A stretch of 64,000 bases of DNA, taken from the NCBI GenBank assembly GCA_025603075.1, contig MU626350.1, forward strand, positions 18,950 through 82,949. The letters run 5' to 3'. The translations under genes were made by a program, and so were the position numbers. The first letter of the stretch is position 1. Each line of letters opens with the position of its first letter. The notes below the pieces were generated by a model. The model made no database searches. It was not told where the DNA came from and saw nothing but the letters and a program-made list of their open reading frames with translations. Positions 1-12,908 of the stretch are shown here, in pieces. The stretch is from Neoconidiobolus thromboides FSU 785. Its lineage: Eukaryota; Fungi; Entomophthoromycota.

Positions 1-2254
1 ATATGGTTTATTTGTTAATGACGTTGGTGAAATGCAATTACCTGGTAGACCAACTGCAGTTTGGACAGCCAATTTAAAAAAGAATCCAGTTTATATAGCT
101 TCATTTACAAATGCTACATTGGTATTAACATTAAATGAAAATCCAGAGGAAGTTAATGATTCAGGGATATTAACAAATACACAAACAATACATATTCAAG
201 AATTAAATAATAATTCTATTGTACAAGTTTATCCTAATGGAATTAGACATATACAATCGGATGATAGAGTTAATGAATGGAAGCCACCAAAAGATAAATT
301 AATTATTAGCGCGGTTGGTAATAAAAGCCAAATATTAATAGCATTATCAGGTAATGAATTGATTTATTTTGAAATTGATAATTCTGGTTTATTATCTGAA
401 TTAAATGAAAGAATGGTGATGTCATCCCAAATTACCGCTATGTGTTTAGGAGATATTAAAAAGGATAGAAAGAGATTTCCTTATGCAATGGTTGGCTGTG
501 CTGATCATACAGTACGTACCATTTCATTAGATCCTAATACACCTATGCAAGCTTTATCAATGCAAGCTTTGGCGGATACACCATTGTCATTATGTGCTAT
601 TGAAATGAGTAGTAAAGATGCCAATTATACACTTTATCTTCATATTGGATTACAAAATGGTATCATGTTAAGAACAGTAATGGATCAAGTATCTGGAGCT
701 TTAAGCGACACACGTACAAGATTCTTGGGTAGTAAACCAGTGAAATTATTCCAAGTTATTGTTAATGAGCAGCCAGCAGTTATGGCATTATCTTCGAGAC
801 CATGGTTAAGTTATCATTTTCAAAATAAAATACATACCATGCCATTACAAACAGATGCATTAGAATTTGCTGCTCCCTTTTCAACAGAAAGTATACCTGA
901 AGGTATAGTTGGTATTTCTGGTGATCTACTAAAAATTATCAATTTCGATCGATTAGATCAACAATTTCAACAGGATACAATACCTTTAAAATATACCCCA
1001 AGAAGGGTTATATTAAATCCATATTCTAACCATTTTGTAGTACTTGAAACTGAAAATAATACATTTTCACCATCTGAAATTAAAAGAGTTATAGAAGCTG
1101 AAGGGGAAGATAATGCACTTTCTTTAGACCCAACGGAATTTGGTTTACCTAAAGCAATGCCTGGTAGATGGGCAAGTCAAATTCGTATCTTAAATCCATT
1201 AACAGGTGAAACTACCCAAGAAATTGAATTGGATGAAAATGAAGCTGCATTTTCAATTTGTTTAGTTCAATTTCATAATCAATATTCAGACATTATGGTA
1301 GCTGTAGGAACAGCTGTTGAATCCATCTTATCCCCTAGATCTTGTTCAGCAGCTTATATTAGATTATACAAATTTGATGAAACTGGAACACAATTAAGTT
1401 TAGTTCATCGTACTCAAGTAGAAGATATACCAATGGCTTTACTGCAATTTCAAGGACGATTATTAGCTGGTGTTGGACGCTTATTAAGAATTTATGATCT
1501 TGGTAAAATGAAATTATTACGTAAATGTCAAACAAAAGCGATACCAAATACTATTGTAAATTTACATTCTCAAGGAGAAAGAATTATTATTTCTGATGTA
1601 CAAGAATCTATCCATTTTGCTGCTTATACACAATTAGAAAATCAATTAATGGTATTTGCAGATGATACTTTACCTGCATTTACATCCGCTACTTGTTATG
1701 TAGATTATAATACGGTAGCTGTAGGTGATAAATTTGGTAATATATTTTTAGCACGATTACCCAATGATGTAGTTAGTGAAATTGAAGGGGAAGGCGAATC
1801 CAAATCAAATCATCATAAATTACCCCCAACTAATCGAGGTATCTTAAATGGAGCTACTTATAAATTAGAAAGATTATGTCATTTCCATATCGGTGATGCA
1901 CCCATGTCAATTGAAAAAACATCATTAATAAGAGGTGCCAATCCAATCTTAGTTTATACTACTTTATTAGGAAGGATTGGAGCATTAATACCTTTTTTAA
2001 CTAAAGATGATGTGGAGTTTTTTCAAACCTTGGAATTTCATTTAAGAATTCAATTACCACTTTTAGCGGGTAGAGATCATCTCTCATATCGATCTTCTTT
2101 TGCTCCTGTTAAAGCAGTCATTGATGGTGATCTTTGTGAAACTTTTGGATTATTAGATATGAATAAAAAACAAGAGATTGCAGAAGAGTTGGGTTGCTCT
2201 GTTAGTGAAGTATTAAAAAAAATTGAAGATATGAGAACTTTGGTAGCATATTGA
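1..2254 (+). CDS. RSE1: U2 snRNP SF3b subunit 3 (SF3B3/Rse1), C-terminal part; 5' end lies outside the window
   Basis: 740-aa ORF, open back to the window edge (YGLFVNDVGE-MQLPGRPTAVWT). Contains SF3B3-typical segments (GRLLAGVGRLLRIYDLGKMKLLRKC, GRDHLSYRS, VIDGDLCETF). Confidence 0.96.
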   Translation, partial: YGLFVNDVGEMQLPGRPTAVWTANLKKNPVYIASFTNATLVLTLNENPEEVNDSGILTNTQTIHIQELNNNSIVQVYPNGIRHIQSDDRVNEWKPPKDKLIISAVGNKSQILIALSGNELIYFEIDNSGLLSELNERMVMSSQITAMCLGDIKKDRKRFPYAMVGCADHTVRTISLDPNTPMQALSMQALADTPLSLCAIEMSSKDANYTLYLHIGLQNGIMLRTVMDQVSGALSDTRTRFLGSKPVKLFQVIVNEQPAVMALSSRPWLSYHFQNKIHTMPLQTDALEFAAPFSTESIPEGIVGISGDLLKIINFDRLDQQFQQDTIPLKYTPRRVILNPYSNHFVVLETENNTFSPSEIKRVIEAEGEDNALSLDPTEFGLPKAMPGRWASQIRILNPLTGETTQEIELDENEAAFSICLVQFHNQYSDIMVAVGTAVESILSPRSCSAAYIRLYKFDETGTQLSLVHRTQVEDIPMALLQFQGRLLAGVGRLLRIYDLGKMKLLRKCQTKAIPNTIVNLHSQGERIIISDVQESIHFAAYTQLENQLMVFADDTLPAFTSATCYVDYNTVAVGDKFGNIFLARLPNDVVSEIEGEGESKSNHHKLPPTNRGILNGATYKLERLCHFHIGDAPMSIEKTSLIRGANPILVYTTLLGRIGALIPFLTKDDVEFFQTLEFHLRIQLPLLAGRDHLSYRSSFAPVKAVIDGDLCETFGLLDMNKKQEIAEELGCSVSEVLKKIEDMRTLVAY

Positions 2255-2871
2255 GTACACTATAGATAAGACAAATGTTTTAATATGACAATTAAAGTTG
2301 CTTTTTTTGAAGATAAATAAAATTTTATTTAAATTCATTAATTTATATAATTAAGACTGGATTTTAATATTTAATATTCAAATCATTTGTTAGGTGTTTT
2401 GTTTATTTTTAAATTTAGTATAATGATTTAAAAGAGTTTTATATAGCTGTCAAATCAATATATAGTTTAAAAATAACTAGTTTTATTTCAACAACGATAG
2501 ATTTTAACAGTAAATGAGTTGTATTTAATTATAGAATATAATATAATAGAATGTTGTAGTTTAAAAAATCTATTAATAGATAATTTTAAGAGGCTTAAAA
2601 TGAAGTTTTTTAATATCCTAACTTGCAATAATTCCAATCATTATGATAACTGTCAATTCTTTGTTTAAAACTCACTATTAGAATTAGTTGTCGGAAAAAA
2701 AGATCAAATCAATGACCAATTAGCTAATAGTATGTAGAATACTAAGGGTTCAAAATAAAAGGGAAGAAAATTGAATTTTTTAAGAAAAAAGAATATAAAT
2801 AGTTGATAAAAGAAATTATTTTGTTTTGTATTTTTTAATAAAAAATAAATAAATAAAAGATAATAGTAAAA

Positions 2872-4069
2872 ATGCAAATGACTAATAAAGAATTATCTGA
2901 TTTATTTGGTTATTTTGGTTTATTTTGTTGGTTTATTGTAATGACACCGTAAGTATTATTTATTGAGTATATTGAACATTTAATTTATAAATTTTCAATT
3001 TTTATAGTCAAATCTATACTAACTACAAATTAAAAAATGCGTCTTCCTTATCTCCAGCTTATGTATTTTTATGTATGATAGGTAAATAAGAAAATAAATT
3101 GATATTAATATTAAAATTTAACAACTTAATATAGGAAATTTAATAAGTTGTATTGGAGCCATCTGGGGTGATTTGATTTTAAGTACGATATTAGTTACTG
3201 GTTATTTAGCTATATTAGGCAACATCTTATTATTACAAATTTATTATTATCATAGTAATAATCATATTAATATTCAATGGAAGGTTAAAGAAAGTGATAG
3301 AAATAGTATTTTATTTCCAGAATATGAACCTATAATAGAAAATGACTTACCAGCTAATGCTAATTTAGCTAATTATAACCAAGACTTTGATAATAATAAT
3401 AATAATAATAGTTTAAATGACCCTCACTATTATGGTAATACAAGTAGCTATATTGATTCAAGTAGTCGACCATTATCTTATAATCGACCATTATCTTATA
3501 TGTCACAAACAAGTTATCATTCAATTAATAATAATAATAATCAACAATATACAGATTCAATTAGAAGTAAAAGGTCCAGTATTATGCAAAGAATAAGACC
3601 ATTATCAATTAAAAGCTCTTATTCTTATCCACCAATTAAACCTTTGCCAACAGAAAATGAAAGCAAATATGCTAAATTAATTTACTTAATAGTTGTTATT
3701 TTATTATTTATATTAATACTCAATATTAATATAAATAGAATTCAATTACCTTTAATACCCATGTATCAAACATTAGGGTGGATTTCTTCAATAATCTTTT
3801 TAATTGGTAGATTACCTCAAGTTTATAAAAATTATCAAAGAAAATCAATTGAAGGTTTATCTTTTTTTATGTTTTTAATATCCATTTTAGGTAACTTGTT
3901 TTATCTTGCTGCTATCTTTAGTTACTCTATGGAATCCCAATATTTGAAATTAAATTTACCTTGGATCTTAGGGGCTGTTATGGGTTTATTTATGGATGCT
4001 ATTATTCTTTTTCAATTTTTTAGATATGGTATGAATCATTTAGATCTTTTGACTAATGAGGATTATTGA
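2872..4069 (+). CDS. PQ-loop (PQLC2/Ypq-like) vacuolar amino-acid transporter, 3 exons
   Basis: Exon 1 MQMTNKELSDLFGYFGLFCWFIVMTP joins QIYTNYKLK across intron 2949-3007, giving the first PQ motif. Second motif GRLPQVYKNYQRKSIEGLS lies in the last exon. Asn/Ser-rich central loop. Confidence 0.9.
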
Positions 4070-4155
4070 AATAAAGATATTGTATTAGTATATTTATTAT
4101 ATGTATTGTTATTAATATATTATTTTATTTATGTTTTGTATTTCATTTGTTTTTA

Positions 4156-5225
4156 TTAATTTAAAAATTTAATAACTTGTTCATATACTGAAAACACAAT
4201 ACCACCAGATAATAATAGTCTACCTAGTCTAGGAGTAGCTCCATTCCATAAAGAAAGTACCCCTGTTTCTTTCACTGTTTGTATTAAACAGTGATATGAA
4301 TTTTTATATCTTAAACTAGCTTCTTTACTTTGCATTTTAGTTTTAACATTATCAATCGGCATAGTAGTATAAACAGTAATGGTACCTGCTATCATGCCTA
4401 ATAAAAAGGTAGTTATTATTGTTAAATTTTTTTCATCTTTGGATATACCAAGGGAATGTTTATAACAATAATCTTTTAATATTTGATAACTAGTTAATCT
4501 TATTGCACTATTACTTCCTTGTCTTAACATTACTGGCACTACCCCTCGATAAATTCCTATTAAACCTTCACTTTTAATAATACTTTTAACACCTAAAATG
4601 ATTAATTAATGAAATGTAATATAAATATAAAATTAAACTATCTTTAAACAAATTAATATTCAATTATTTACCATGAATCATTCCATTATATTGTTTGATT
4701 TTACTATTTTGATCTTGAATCAATTTAGTTTTAATAGTTTCAGCCGGTGTGACCACTAAAAACGCTTCTGATAATCCAGCCATTAAGCCAGCTAACACTG
4801 TATTACCGAAGGATAGACTACCATTTTTATTTCTCAATTGATCTTTGATACTATCATAAACCACAAATCGAATCCCTGCTTTAGCTGCTGTTCCTAGAAT
4901 CATAGGGCTTAATCCAGAGTACAAAGTTCGTATCCCTTTTTCTGTGATTGTTTTTTTTAAACAATCGATAGGACCAGTGAATAACTAATTTTATTAATTA
5001 ATTATAGTTGGAAGAGTATGGAAATTAATCATTAACTTACTTTATTACTACCAGGTAATTGTAATTGTGTTTTGACATATTCTGTGGGATAAGTTATAGT
5101 GGCTTCTATAGAGCCTGCTATCATACCTGCTGTTAATGACTTTAATGGGTTCTAATAAAATTGGATTATTATTTAATTTTATCATGGCATTTTTGTGGTA
5201 TTACCATTCTCTTTTGTTCATTCAT
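4156..5225 (-). CDS. CTP1: Mitochondrial citrate/tricarboxylate carrier (SLC25A1-like), multi-exon
   Basis: Three carrier signatures: [34 protein letters not shown]. Also GATPRLGRL. Start inferred as MNEQKRM with an intron before NPLKSL. Confidence 0.9.
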
Positions 5226-5485
5226 TTGAAATATTCAATATCAAACACATTCATTTTACTTATGAATGTTTATATACTATAAAAAATTAATGTCTAGATG
5301 ACCTGTTATGAATCACGTTTATTTTAGTTGAATTAAAATTCCAAGTTCTTAATATCTCAACTCATTCATTGGTAGATAATAATGCATAATTTTTAATGAC
5401 GTTGCAAAAAAAATAAAAAGTAAGGAATGAATTATTAGGTATTTTTTTTAATTGATTTATGAGCTCTAAAATTGTTAAAAAAATC

Positions 5486-6163
5486 ATGGACTCCAGTTGT
5501 ATATTTTGTAAAATTATTGAGGGTAAAATCCCATCTCATAAAATTATTGAATCGGAGAAGAGGTAAGTTGAAATCAGTTAGTCTATTTGAATTATTAGAT
5601 TCCTTATTCAATTTTAGTTATGCTTTCTTAGATATTGGTCCATTATCTAAAGGCCATGCTGTAAGTTTTTGTTTTTATTCTAATCTTGTTTTAAGTTGTT
5701 AATCCATTGATTTAGTTAGTTATACCAAAGTGTAAAATGAACTTTTGTTATAAAAATTAATTAATTCATTAATTATAATTTAGATCATGCCGAATTTATG
5801 CATCAATTACCCGATGATTACTTAGCCGATTTATTACCATTAGCCAAAAAAGTAGCCTTAGCTTCCAACTTTGAGTTCTATAATATTTTACAGGTAACTT
5901 TATAATGCTTATTAAGTTATCAACTTATGAAATTAATTTTTTAATTTAGAATAATGGTAAAATTGCACATCAAGTAAGTTTTATTTTTAACTTTAATTGA
6001 ATCAAAATGTTTATTATTTTATTATTAGGTTGTCCCTCATGTCCATTTTCATCTTATTCCAAAACCTGATATGGAGCAAGGACTTGGTATTCAATGGCCT
6101 GCTCAACAACCGGATCAAGAAGAATTAAAAAAATATCTGGATAGTATTAAACAAAATCTTTAA
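5486..6163 (+). CDS. HNT1: HIT-family nucleotide hydrolase (Hint/Hnt1), 6 exons
   Basis: Spliced translation MDSSCIFCKII...AFLDIGPLSKGHALVIPKYHAE...NNGKIAHQVVPHVHFHLIPK contains the HxHxH triad. Five GT-AG introns of about 52-56 nt. Confidence 0.95.
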
Positions 6164-9120
6164 GTTAAATCCAATAAAAAAAGTATCTTATTACCAATTT
6201 TTCATGTTATCTTTTTCTATTTTTATCATTCAAATAGTAATAATATTTTAAAATAAACTTTGAGTCCATCTTGATTTTAAGATCTGTCCAAGATCTGTCA
6301 TATTTTTATTCAATACTATGTAATTAATTCTTTCTTTATTAATCTTGTTATATTTCTAATTTATTAAACAATAGAAATAATAATGTTAAATTTAAACAAG
6401 AATGTAGTTTTTAAATTATTAAAAAAATTAGTGGGTAGGGGTTTTTTTACAAGAGCAGTACTCACCGGAGCATCAACTCTGTCCCAAATCAAGTATATAG
6501 TTTTGTCAAATAGGTATGTTACTACCTAATGCGAGTTTGACCATATGCCATTAATCCTTAACTTTAATGAAAAAGTTGGAAAAAAAGCTAATTTTATAAA
6601 AATTGATAAATTGTCAATTTATAGTGGGAAAATATTAATTCTATGAAATTTAAGTGGCAGCGTTAAGTTTAAACCGTTTTGATTGGTGAAAGACATAGTC
6701 AATTCTGTGCTATTTTTTTTGAAATATAGGACTGAGTAGAGAAATGGGATAGACATTAATGTAATGAAATACAGAGAAATGATAATAATCTTATTAAAAA
6801 ATTATTCTCCCTAATATTTCAATATCCTGGTATTAAGCTAAGAAAATGTTCTTAAAAATTTCAGACTTAAATTCTTAACAAATTGTTTACTAAATAAGAA
6901 TACTAAAATCTTCATAGTTTATATTTATTACGATTTTAATCTTATTTCTATTTGTATGTAAAACAGTCCTTAATCTTTAATATAAAAATTAAAGTTACTA
7001 ATATTTAAAATGGATTTACTGGCCAAAAACTTGATCAAAGTATTGACAGATACTCTAGTTAAAAAAACTAACTGTTGGTATTATAGAAACTTAAGTCAAT
7101 TCTTACCATTTTAATATAAGAAGAGAGCGGCATTAAAAGACCAAAAGTCATATTGATATGTGATAAAACTATTATTGAGTCAACGTAGTCTTACTTTTGT
7201 TATCCTAGGAACTGTTAATAACGTTTAATTCTTTTATAATCACCTACTTTTTCAGAGTTTGTTCCATTTTAAGCTATTATTAAATCAAATATCGCTATTT
7301 TATATATTCAATTGATTCTAATATTATTATAAATCGATTATAAGATTATAGTTTCCTTTGTTGTATTTGATATTACAAAAGCTATTTCAGTACTTTATAA
7401 AAAGAAAATTAGGATTTAGCATCAACAAAATCATATAAAAGTTAAAAAAACATGAGCTTCAAAAATATAAATAGACTATAAATTAAAAAATTAAAAGATA
7501 GTAAAATATTTATTCGATATATACATCAAACTCTCTATTTGCTTTCAATTTTTAAAGCTTGATCCAAATGGATTTATCTTTGTATCTTTTAAATGATGAT
7601 TTTAAATAACTTTTAATACTTCTTTTATTTTCAATAACACAATTGGTTTTAAATTCATGAGGAGTTCACCCTTTTCCTTGTGAGCTATACCTTTGAAGTA
7701 TCATTTTGTTTTTGGTACATTCGAAGTTCAAATTGATATCTACTTTCAGAAGAAATTCCAGAATTGTTTTTGAAAATAACATGTGCCTTCAGCTGTACCT
7801 CCAGAAGGGCTTTTTATACCACAATAACAAGTAGCTTTATTTTGAAATTTTAACCCACAAATACAATCGGCTTTCCATCTATCTGATATTTCTGAGTCTG
7901 TTAAAGTAATTAGATTTGTTAATCCTATCGCAAGCAAAGATCATTTTATTTTTGATCGACTAAACTGATAGTAGATATAAAAAGTGTACTAAATTATAAC
8001 TAACTAAAGGAGGAATAAGAATTAATTACTGTAGATTTGAGATTATTTGTTTGATGTTTTGTTTAATGAAAAAAAGCAGCATATTTATAGTCTCAAGTCA
8101 ACTTATAGTATAATATATATTCATATAGTTCAATTCATATTGTTGATTATGACTATACAGTTCAATGTAAATTGTATTAAGGTATAGATTAATTTAGTAA
8201 TATGCTCTTATGGGGAATTTTTAAAAAAGAGGAGTTTTTGTATTTAATCTCACAAGACGAAGAATAATATTGAATTCTTTATCAGGTAAGCTAAACTTTA
8301 ATAGTAAAATCAATAGACATTTTACATATTGATGTTGATACAATAATATAAATTTAATATTGGAGTGGTTTTTAAAAATTACCTAAGCTTAACCATCATT
8401 AATAATACAATAAAAGTAATAATTAGCAAAGATTTAATAAAAATTATTAAATAAAGCGGACAAATAGCTTACTTTGAAATAATTAAAAACTCATTCATTA
8501 ATGAATAACATAATTACATTCTTTAATATTCTTTTATAAAAGTTTAGTCATTGATATCATATAATCAAGTTTATATTAAATTAATTAAATTCATCATTGA
8601 AAATAGACTTTTAGACAAATAAGTTTATCATTTAAAACATAACATTATTTATTCTTAATCTTAATTTTATGACACTTGATTGCTGTAGGCTTTATTAGTA
8701 TTGTTTGTCTCTGTTCTTGTCTTAGCAGCCAAAAATCAATATGAGTAAACAAATACTTTGATCTCATTCTTTTTGATATTTAACAATAAAACTCAAATAA
8801 TGATTTTTTAAGTAAAATTAGAACAATTTATTTCATTATTAAGGTTAATTTTGTAAAGACAGTAAAAACTATGTAAATCATTAATAAAATACTGTTTCAT
8901 GCCTCACAATATCCTCTTAATACTTGTTTCATTGCTCAAAAGGATGTTTTTTATTTACTTTTGATAATAACTATAATTATACAGTTGGACCAAAGAAATA
9001 ATTGCAAATATACTTAATTTATTATGGGTGCCTAAAAGTCAAACCAATCACTTGACTTATAAGGACAGTTTTTAAAAAAATGACTTCTTCATTTCTTAAA
9101 CTAAAAAATTTCAAAATTGA

Positions 9121-10410
9121 ATGGACAAATACTTAACGAATAACAAAATAGCATCAATAGAGAAAGAACGAGATTGGCCATCAGAATACTTCTATTTGAA
9201 AGAACTTGAGGATCACTTGTATTGTCCAATATGTAAGGAGATTTATAATGGACCAACTACATTGCTTTGCGGCCATACCTTTTGTTCATTATGTATTAGA
9301 GTTTCTTTTTCTAATCAACAAGTGAAAAAGTTCTGTCCTCAATGTACAACACCATCTAACGAAAACGATCTAAGAAGGGTCGTTCAACTTGATGCTATCG
9401 CTTTAAAACTAAAAAGTTTAAAGTAAGCATTATAACATTTGGGTTATTATTTTATATTTAGAAATATTTTAGAAATAAGTTGATTAATGAGGAGAAAAAG
9501 GGTGATAGTAATTTCAAAATGGCTGAATCGAGTAGAAAGATAGGTACTAATATATTGATTAAGTAAACAATTTGATTGATCTTTTATCTAAGAGAGCGAA
9601 CAAAATGGTAGAATTACAGAGGAATCAAATAATAAAGTAATAGCTGAGAATGAAGCCGATATAAATAATAAATCAGGTAAGATGCTTTCAAATCTATTTT
9701 ATAATAATATTTAAAAAGGTTAAAAAGTAGAGGGGGAATTTCATTCTTGCCCGATATGTAATTTGGTTTACGATACAAAAGAAGATTTAGAAATTCACAT
9801 GAGCAATTGTTTTTTTGATGATAGTGATGGGATACCATTAGATAATGAAGTACCTATCGAAGAACCAATAATAGATAGGGCTAAGTAATAAGCTATGAAA
9901 TCGAGTTAAAATAAATTTATCTCCATACTTTTTTGTAATTAGATATTTGCCAAAAGTAGCGTACAACTTAATGACGGATAAACAACTAAAAGATTTACTA
10001 AAGGTAAAACGATAACTGTGTAAGATTCACTGGTATTAAGTGATTTAGAAATATGAATTGAGTACCAAAGGCGATAGAAATACATTACAGAAAAGGCATA
10101 CCCATTTTACGAATCTACATAATTCTAATTTGGATGTATTAAATCCAAAGCCTTTATCTACTTTACTTAAAGAGTTGGAAAGTTGGGAAAAAATACAAAA
10201 GAATGAGAATAGATTAGCGATTTTAAATGAAGTGGATTGTATTAAACATCATATCCTTTTTTTGAAGTTATTTATAGTTTTTGAAGTTATTTGTATTTTT
10301 TTCCCTTAACTGATTTGTTTTTACAAAATAAGTATAAAGATCAGTTCCGAACTCTCATTCAGAATGCTAGGAAAAAGAGAAAACAGAAATGTCATGTGAT
10401 AGATGTGTAG
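9121..10410 (+). CDS. RAD18: E3 ubiquitin ligase Rad18 (RING, UBZ zinc finger, SAP), multi-exon
   Basis: RING CPICKEIY...CGHTFCSLCIR...CPQC; UBZ CPICN...EIHMSNC; SAP-like LPKVAYNLMTDKQLKDLLK...STKGDRNTLQKRH; NLHNSNLD. Confidence 0.88.
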
Positions 10411-11116
10411 CCATTGACAGTTTTGTATTATTTATTTTAAGGTAATAAAGTTTTTATAAAATAATATAGTATTTATTTTGTAATCTGTCTAAATAAACGA
10501 AGATGTTCCTATAGCTTTTTCTAATCTATTGATTATTATGTGATTTAGTGTATTTTTTATGTTTATTTTATAATAAAATAGGTTTTACTTTCCTTTTCGT
10601 AAAAATACGTTTGAAAGAACTAAATCTTTGAATAGTTTATTTTTGAAAGGTAAAGTGATGTAGAGTGAAAAAAGTTGAGGATTAAATGGAAGTGCAAAGC
10701 TTAATATTAGATATTGAACTTTGGGAAGTAGCTCTGGTTAAATAAATAGACATTGGCTTGGATAGATTATAAATAGAATTATGTTATTAATATTATTTAA
10801 ATTAACTATTATTATATTATATTTTAAAAAACAGGTTAGATTTAATAGAAAAAGTAATAAAAGGAATTCACTGTAAATTATTTAAGTATTCAGAATAACG
10901 ATTAAACAAAATTTCAAGATAAATCATTATTAACTTTTAAAAATATAACTTTTTAAAAAGTTAGATTAGAAATGCTATAAAGTTTCTATTTTAATAAAAT
11001 AGCTTATTAAGGAGTAATTTATAAACCCTTATAAGCTTCATCAGAAATACTCTTAGTATAGGTAAATATATATATCAATGCTTAGTAATATAACATTATT
11101 GTTTAAAGATAATACT

Positions 11117-11219
11117 ATATGGAGCTGTTTTGGTTTCATAACTTTTTCCATTTTTTAAGCGTTATTTGAGTGAAAGAATTGTTGGTAAAATTATTGACCA
11201 AAAAAAAATATCCCGATAT
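11117..11219 (-). mobile_element. MITE copy 1 (flanks ATAT/ATAT included)
   Basis: Reverse-orientation match to the ~100-bp consensus; TIRs degenerate. Confidence 0.85.
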
Positions 11220-11551
11220 ATTAAATTTCTAACTTTATAAAGCTTTTTCGCAGTTAAATAGTTTAAATTAAAGAAATGTCTATTATGAAGGAGCAAGAAA
11301 AAAGAAAACAATTTAAGGTGTAGATTTTAGAATCTTTAATTATATTTAAACTATATTATTCTTATAAAGTTTAAATTCTCTTAGACTTTTAGAAACTTAT
11401 ATTTAGAAAAATTTCAAACTTACTCTAGAATAATATTACTACTTGAGATAAAGGCACATTATATTATATATTTGTTACATAATTTTTAAATAAACACTAG
11501 CTTAACTTGTTTTACTTCATATTATCTTTGGACTAATTAATTTAAATCGCT

Positions 11552-11656
11552 ATATGGGACTGTATTTTTTGTTTAAGAATTTTGTTAACAATCTTTCTAC
11601 TCAGATAGCGCTTAAAAATGAAAAAGTAATGAAATCAAAAAAAAATATCCCCAAAT
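11552..11656 (+). mobile_element. MITE copy 2 (ATAT/AAAT)
   Basis: GGGACTGT...ATATCCCC termini; internal AAGAATTTT and ATAGCGCTTAAAAA. Confidence 0.9.
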
Positions 11657-12908
11657 CTTACATTATTATAAGCTTTATATTTTATACCTTACTTTTAGAT
11701 CAGTCTATAATTGAGGTTCAATTTTTCTGTTACCTTTATTCATGAAATTTCCAAACTTTGTATAAATATTAAAATAACCACTTTTTTAGCCATTCTTGAA
11801 GCTAGCCGTGCAATTTTATAATTTTAATTTAAATCAACTCGTTTGTCTCCAAATTACATCAGCTTTAGGACTCATGGAACTCAGTTCCATTTAGCCAAAT
11901 TGACTAACTCCAATGACTCAGCCTTATACACTATGATATTCACTTTTCTTGAAGTATTACCCGTCCAATGCTGGATGAATTCACTGCCTTCATAAATACT
12001 GTCTTTTATTTGACTATACTTTATCTCAGTTAGATATCTTCCTACATATGAAGTCAATTCTGAAATAAAATCACAAAAATTTTACTTTGTTTTTAAAAAT
12101 AGAGTCAAGTTAAAAAACCTTATTTACAATTATGTAAAATATTTTAAACTCATTCGTTTTTAGAACTTAAAGCTTAATGCTAAATTAGAACTCCAATTTG
12201 AATTTATTTAAAGTGAATCGGAGATAGGAAATACTAAGTGAAAATAATCATAGTTGTATTATATGTTTAATATAACTACTTGTAATATGTGAGTGGTGCG
12301 ATATTATCCTTTTGTTTTAGAACAATATACTTTGGTAGTTCTCAAAAACAAAGGTTAGCGCCATATTTAAGAAAACAGGAGTCTACCTCTAAAGTTATTC
12401 ATTAGCCACTTTTTCATGATGAGCTTTTAAAGAAAGGGGATTCCGACAATTATTTGGCTCTTTAGATAATTTAATTATTTATCCTTAAAACTTAAAAGCA
12501 TCAAAAATATCTTATACTTATCTAATTTGTAGAAATTAGGGTCATTTATTATAATAAAACACTGCATTGAACTTTAGTAAACACAATATTATAAATATAA
12601 TAATAAAAATTACTTTATAAGTCTTTTCGAGATAAATCATTTTAAATTAGTTAATGAACTTTAAAGTAATTTGAACACTATACAGGACTTTTATGTCAGT
12701 TCTTGCATTAATAAATAGATCATGACGAAAAATATCTATAAGCATTAACCATTTCACTACATTTGGTTCAAATTGATTTATCATCACCATATTATCTATT
12801 CTTTACTAACTAATATAAACTTTAAAAAGTTTATAAAGGATGAGTTTTGAACAAATCCTTGTATCGATCTAGCTACTTAATTCAATTTTTTAATATAAAT
12901 CTAATATA

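Noticed and set aside
3465-3500. 18-nt duplication (RPLSYN RPLSYM) in the PQ-loop loop region
   Set aside because: Ordinary slippage in a low-complexity linker.
11554-11745. Short ORFs 11554-11745, 40803-41006, 61772-61981 and 62046-62255 with similar peptides
   Set aside because: Their similarity comes from reading through MITE copies; they are not a protein family.
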